64,000 nucleotides of DNA from the human T2T-CHM13v2.0 reference genome, Homo sapiens. Of this stretch, positions 63,401 to 64,000 are shown piece by piece. The first letter of the stretch is position 1. The number at the start of each line of letters is the position of its first letter. The notes below the pieces were generated by a model that saw only the letters and a list, made by a program, of their open reading frames with translations, ran no database searches and was not told where the DNA came from. The stretch spans positions 6,560,001-6,624,000 of the forward strand of contig CP068257.2 in assembly GCA_009914755.4 (NCBI GenBank), written 5' to 3'. The position numbers were made by a program, and so were the translations under genes.

Positions 63401-64000
63401 TTGCTCACATAGGATTCCAGAACACTGCTACAAGGCTCTGAGTGTTTGTCCCTCACATAGGATTCCAGAACACTGCTGCCATTGTCTGAATGTTTGTCCC
63501 CGACATAGGATTCCAGAAGCCTGCTGCTGGGGTCTGAATGTTTGTCCCCCATCTAGGATTCCAGAACACTGCTGCGAGGGTCTGAATGTATGTCCCTCAC
63601 ATATGATTCTAGAATATTGATGCTAGGGTCTGTATGTTTGCCCCTAACATATGATTTCAAAACACTGCTCCTGGATTCTGAATGTTTGTCCTTCACATAG
63701 GAATACAGAACACTGCTGCTGGAGTCTGAATGTTTGTCACTCACATAGAATTCCAGAACACTGCTGCGAGGATCTGAATGTTTGACCCTCACATGGGATT
63801 CCAGAACACTGCTGCGAGGGTCTAAATGTCTGTCTCTCACATAGGTTCCCAGCACAATGTTACGAGGTTCTGAATGTTTGTCCCTAACATAGGATTTCAG
63901 AGCACTCCTGCTGTGCTCTGAATGCTTCTCCCTCACATAGGATTCCAGAACACTGCTATGAGGGTCTGAATGTTTATACCTCTTATAGGATTCCAGAACA
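63400..64000. repeat. 48-bp tandem satellite (12+ copies), continuing past the window end
   Basis: Unit cacataggattccagaacactgctgcgagggtctgaatgtttgtccct repeated head-to-tail (63400, 63448, 63496 …); variants ggattccagaagcctgctgctggggtctgaatgtttgtcccc etc. Confidence 0.9.

Noticed and set aside
63264-63936. 118-aa (+) and 127-aa (-) ORFs with internal 16-residue periodicity
   Set aside because: Produced by a 48-bp (3x16) tandem repeat that happens to lack stops in one frame on each strand. Strand-symmetric openness argues against real coding.

Overview
This is primate (almost certainly human) nuclear DNA, not a prokaryotic locus: there are more than 20 Alu elements, L1 and MaLR retroelements, and a mitochondrial-derived insert. 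I found no prokaryotic-style operon, defense system or CRISPR array. What is unusual is the repeat architecture, which looks like pericentromeric or other duplication-rich genomic territory (inference). The window falls into two halves.

Positions 1 to about 26,000 are an Alu-dense, L1-containing region. It carries these features in order:
- an unclassified ~75-bp satellite array (14.8-18.7 kb) whose unit is a 60-bp quasi-palindrome, with orientation flips inside the palindromic core;
- directly abutting it, an ancient NUMT (COX3 3' end, tRNA-Gly, ND3 5' part);
- the C-terminal coiled-coil exons of an ANKRD26-family gene on the + strand (20.16-27.98 kb), carrying two in-frame stop codons, so most likely a pseudogene.

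Positions about 26,000 to 64,000 contain no Alu at all and are built from duplicated modules:
- two diverged copies of a roughly 2-3.5-kb segment (30.76-32.36 kb and 57.2-60.8 kb) full of short and long inverted repeats, each ending in a conserved ~85-codon open frame (...QEQDFFG[Y/H]FG-stop);
- a four-plus-copy tandem macrosatellite (33.6-47.5 kb) whose ~3.2-kb unit is a rearranged THE1/MST-type (ERVL-MaLR) element;
- three copies of a ~15-bp CCTGGTCAGTGGGG-type minisatellite;
- a 300-bp-arm inverted repeat (48.5-49.5 kb);
- an older L1 5' portion (50.4-54.6 kb);
- an L1 with a twin-priming-like inversion (55.56-57.2 kb);
- a 48-bp satellite running off the window end (63.4-64.0 kb).

Most ORFs in the six-frame track lie inside repeats and are not credible genes.
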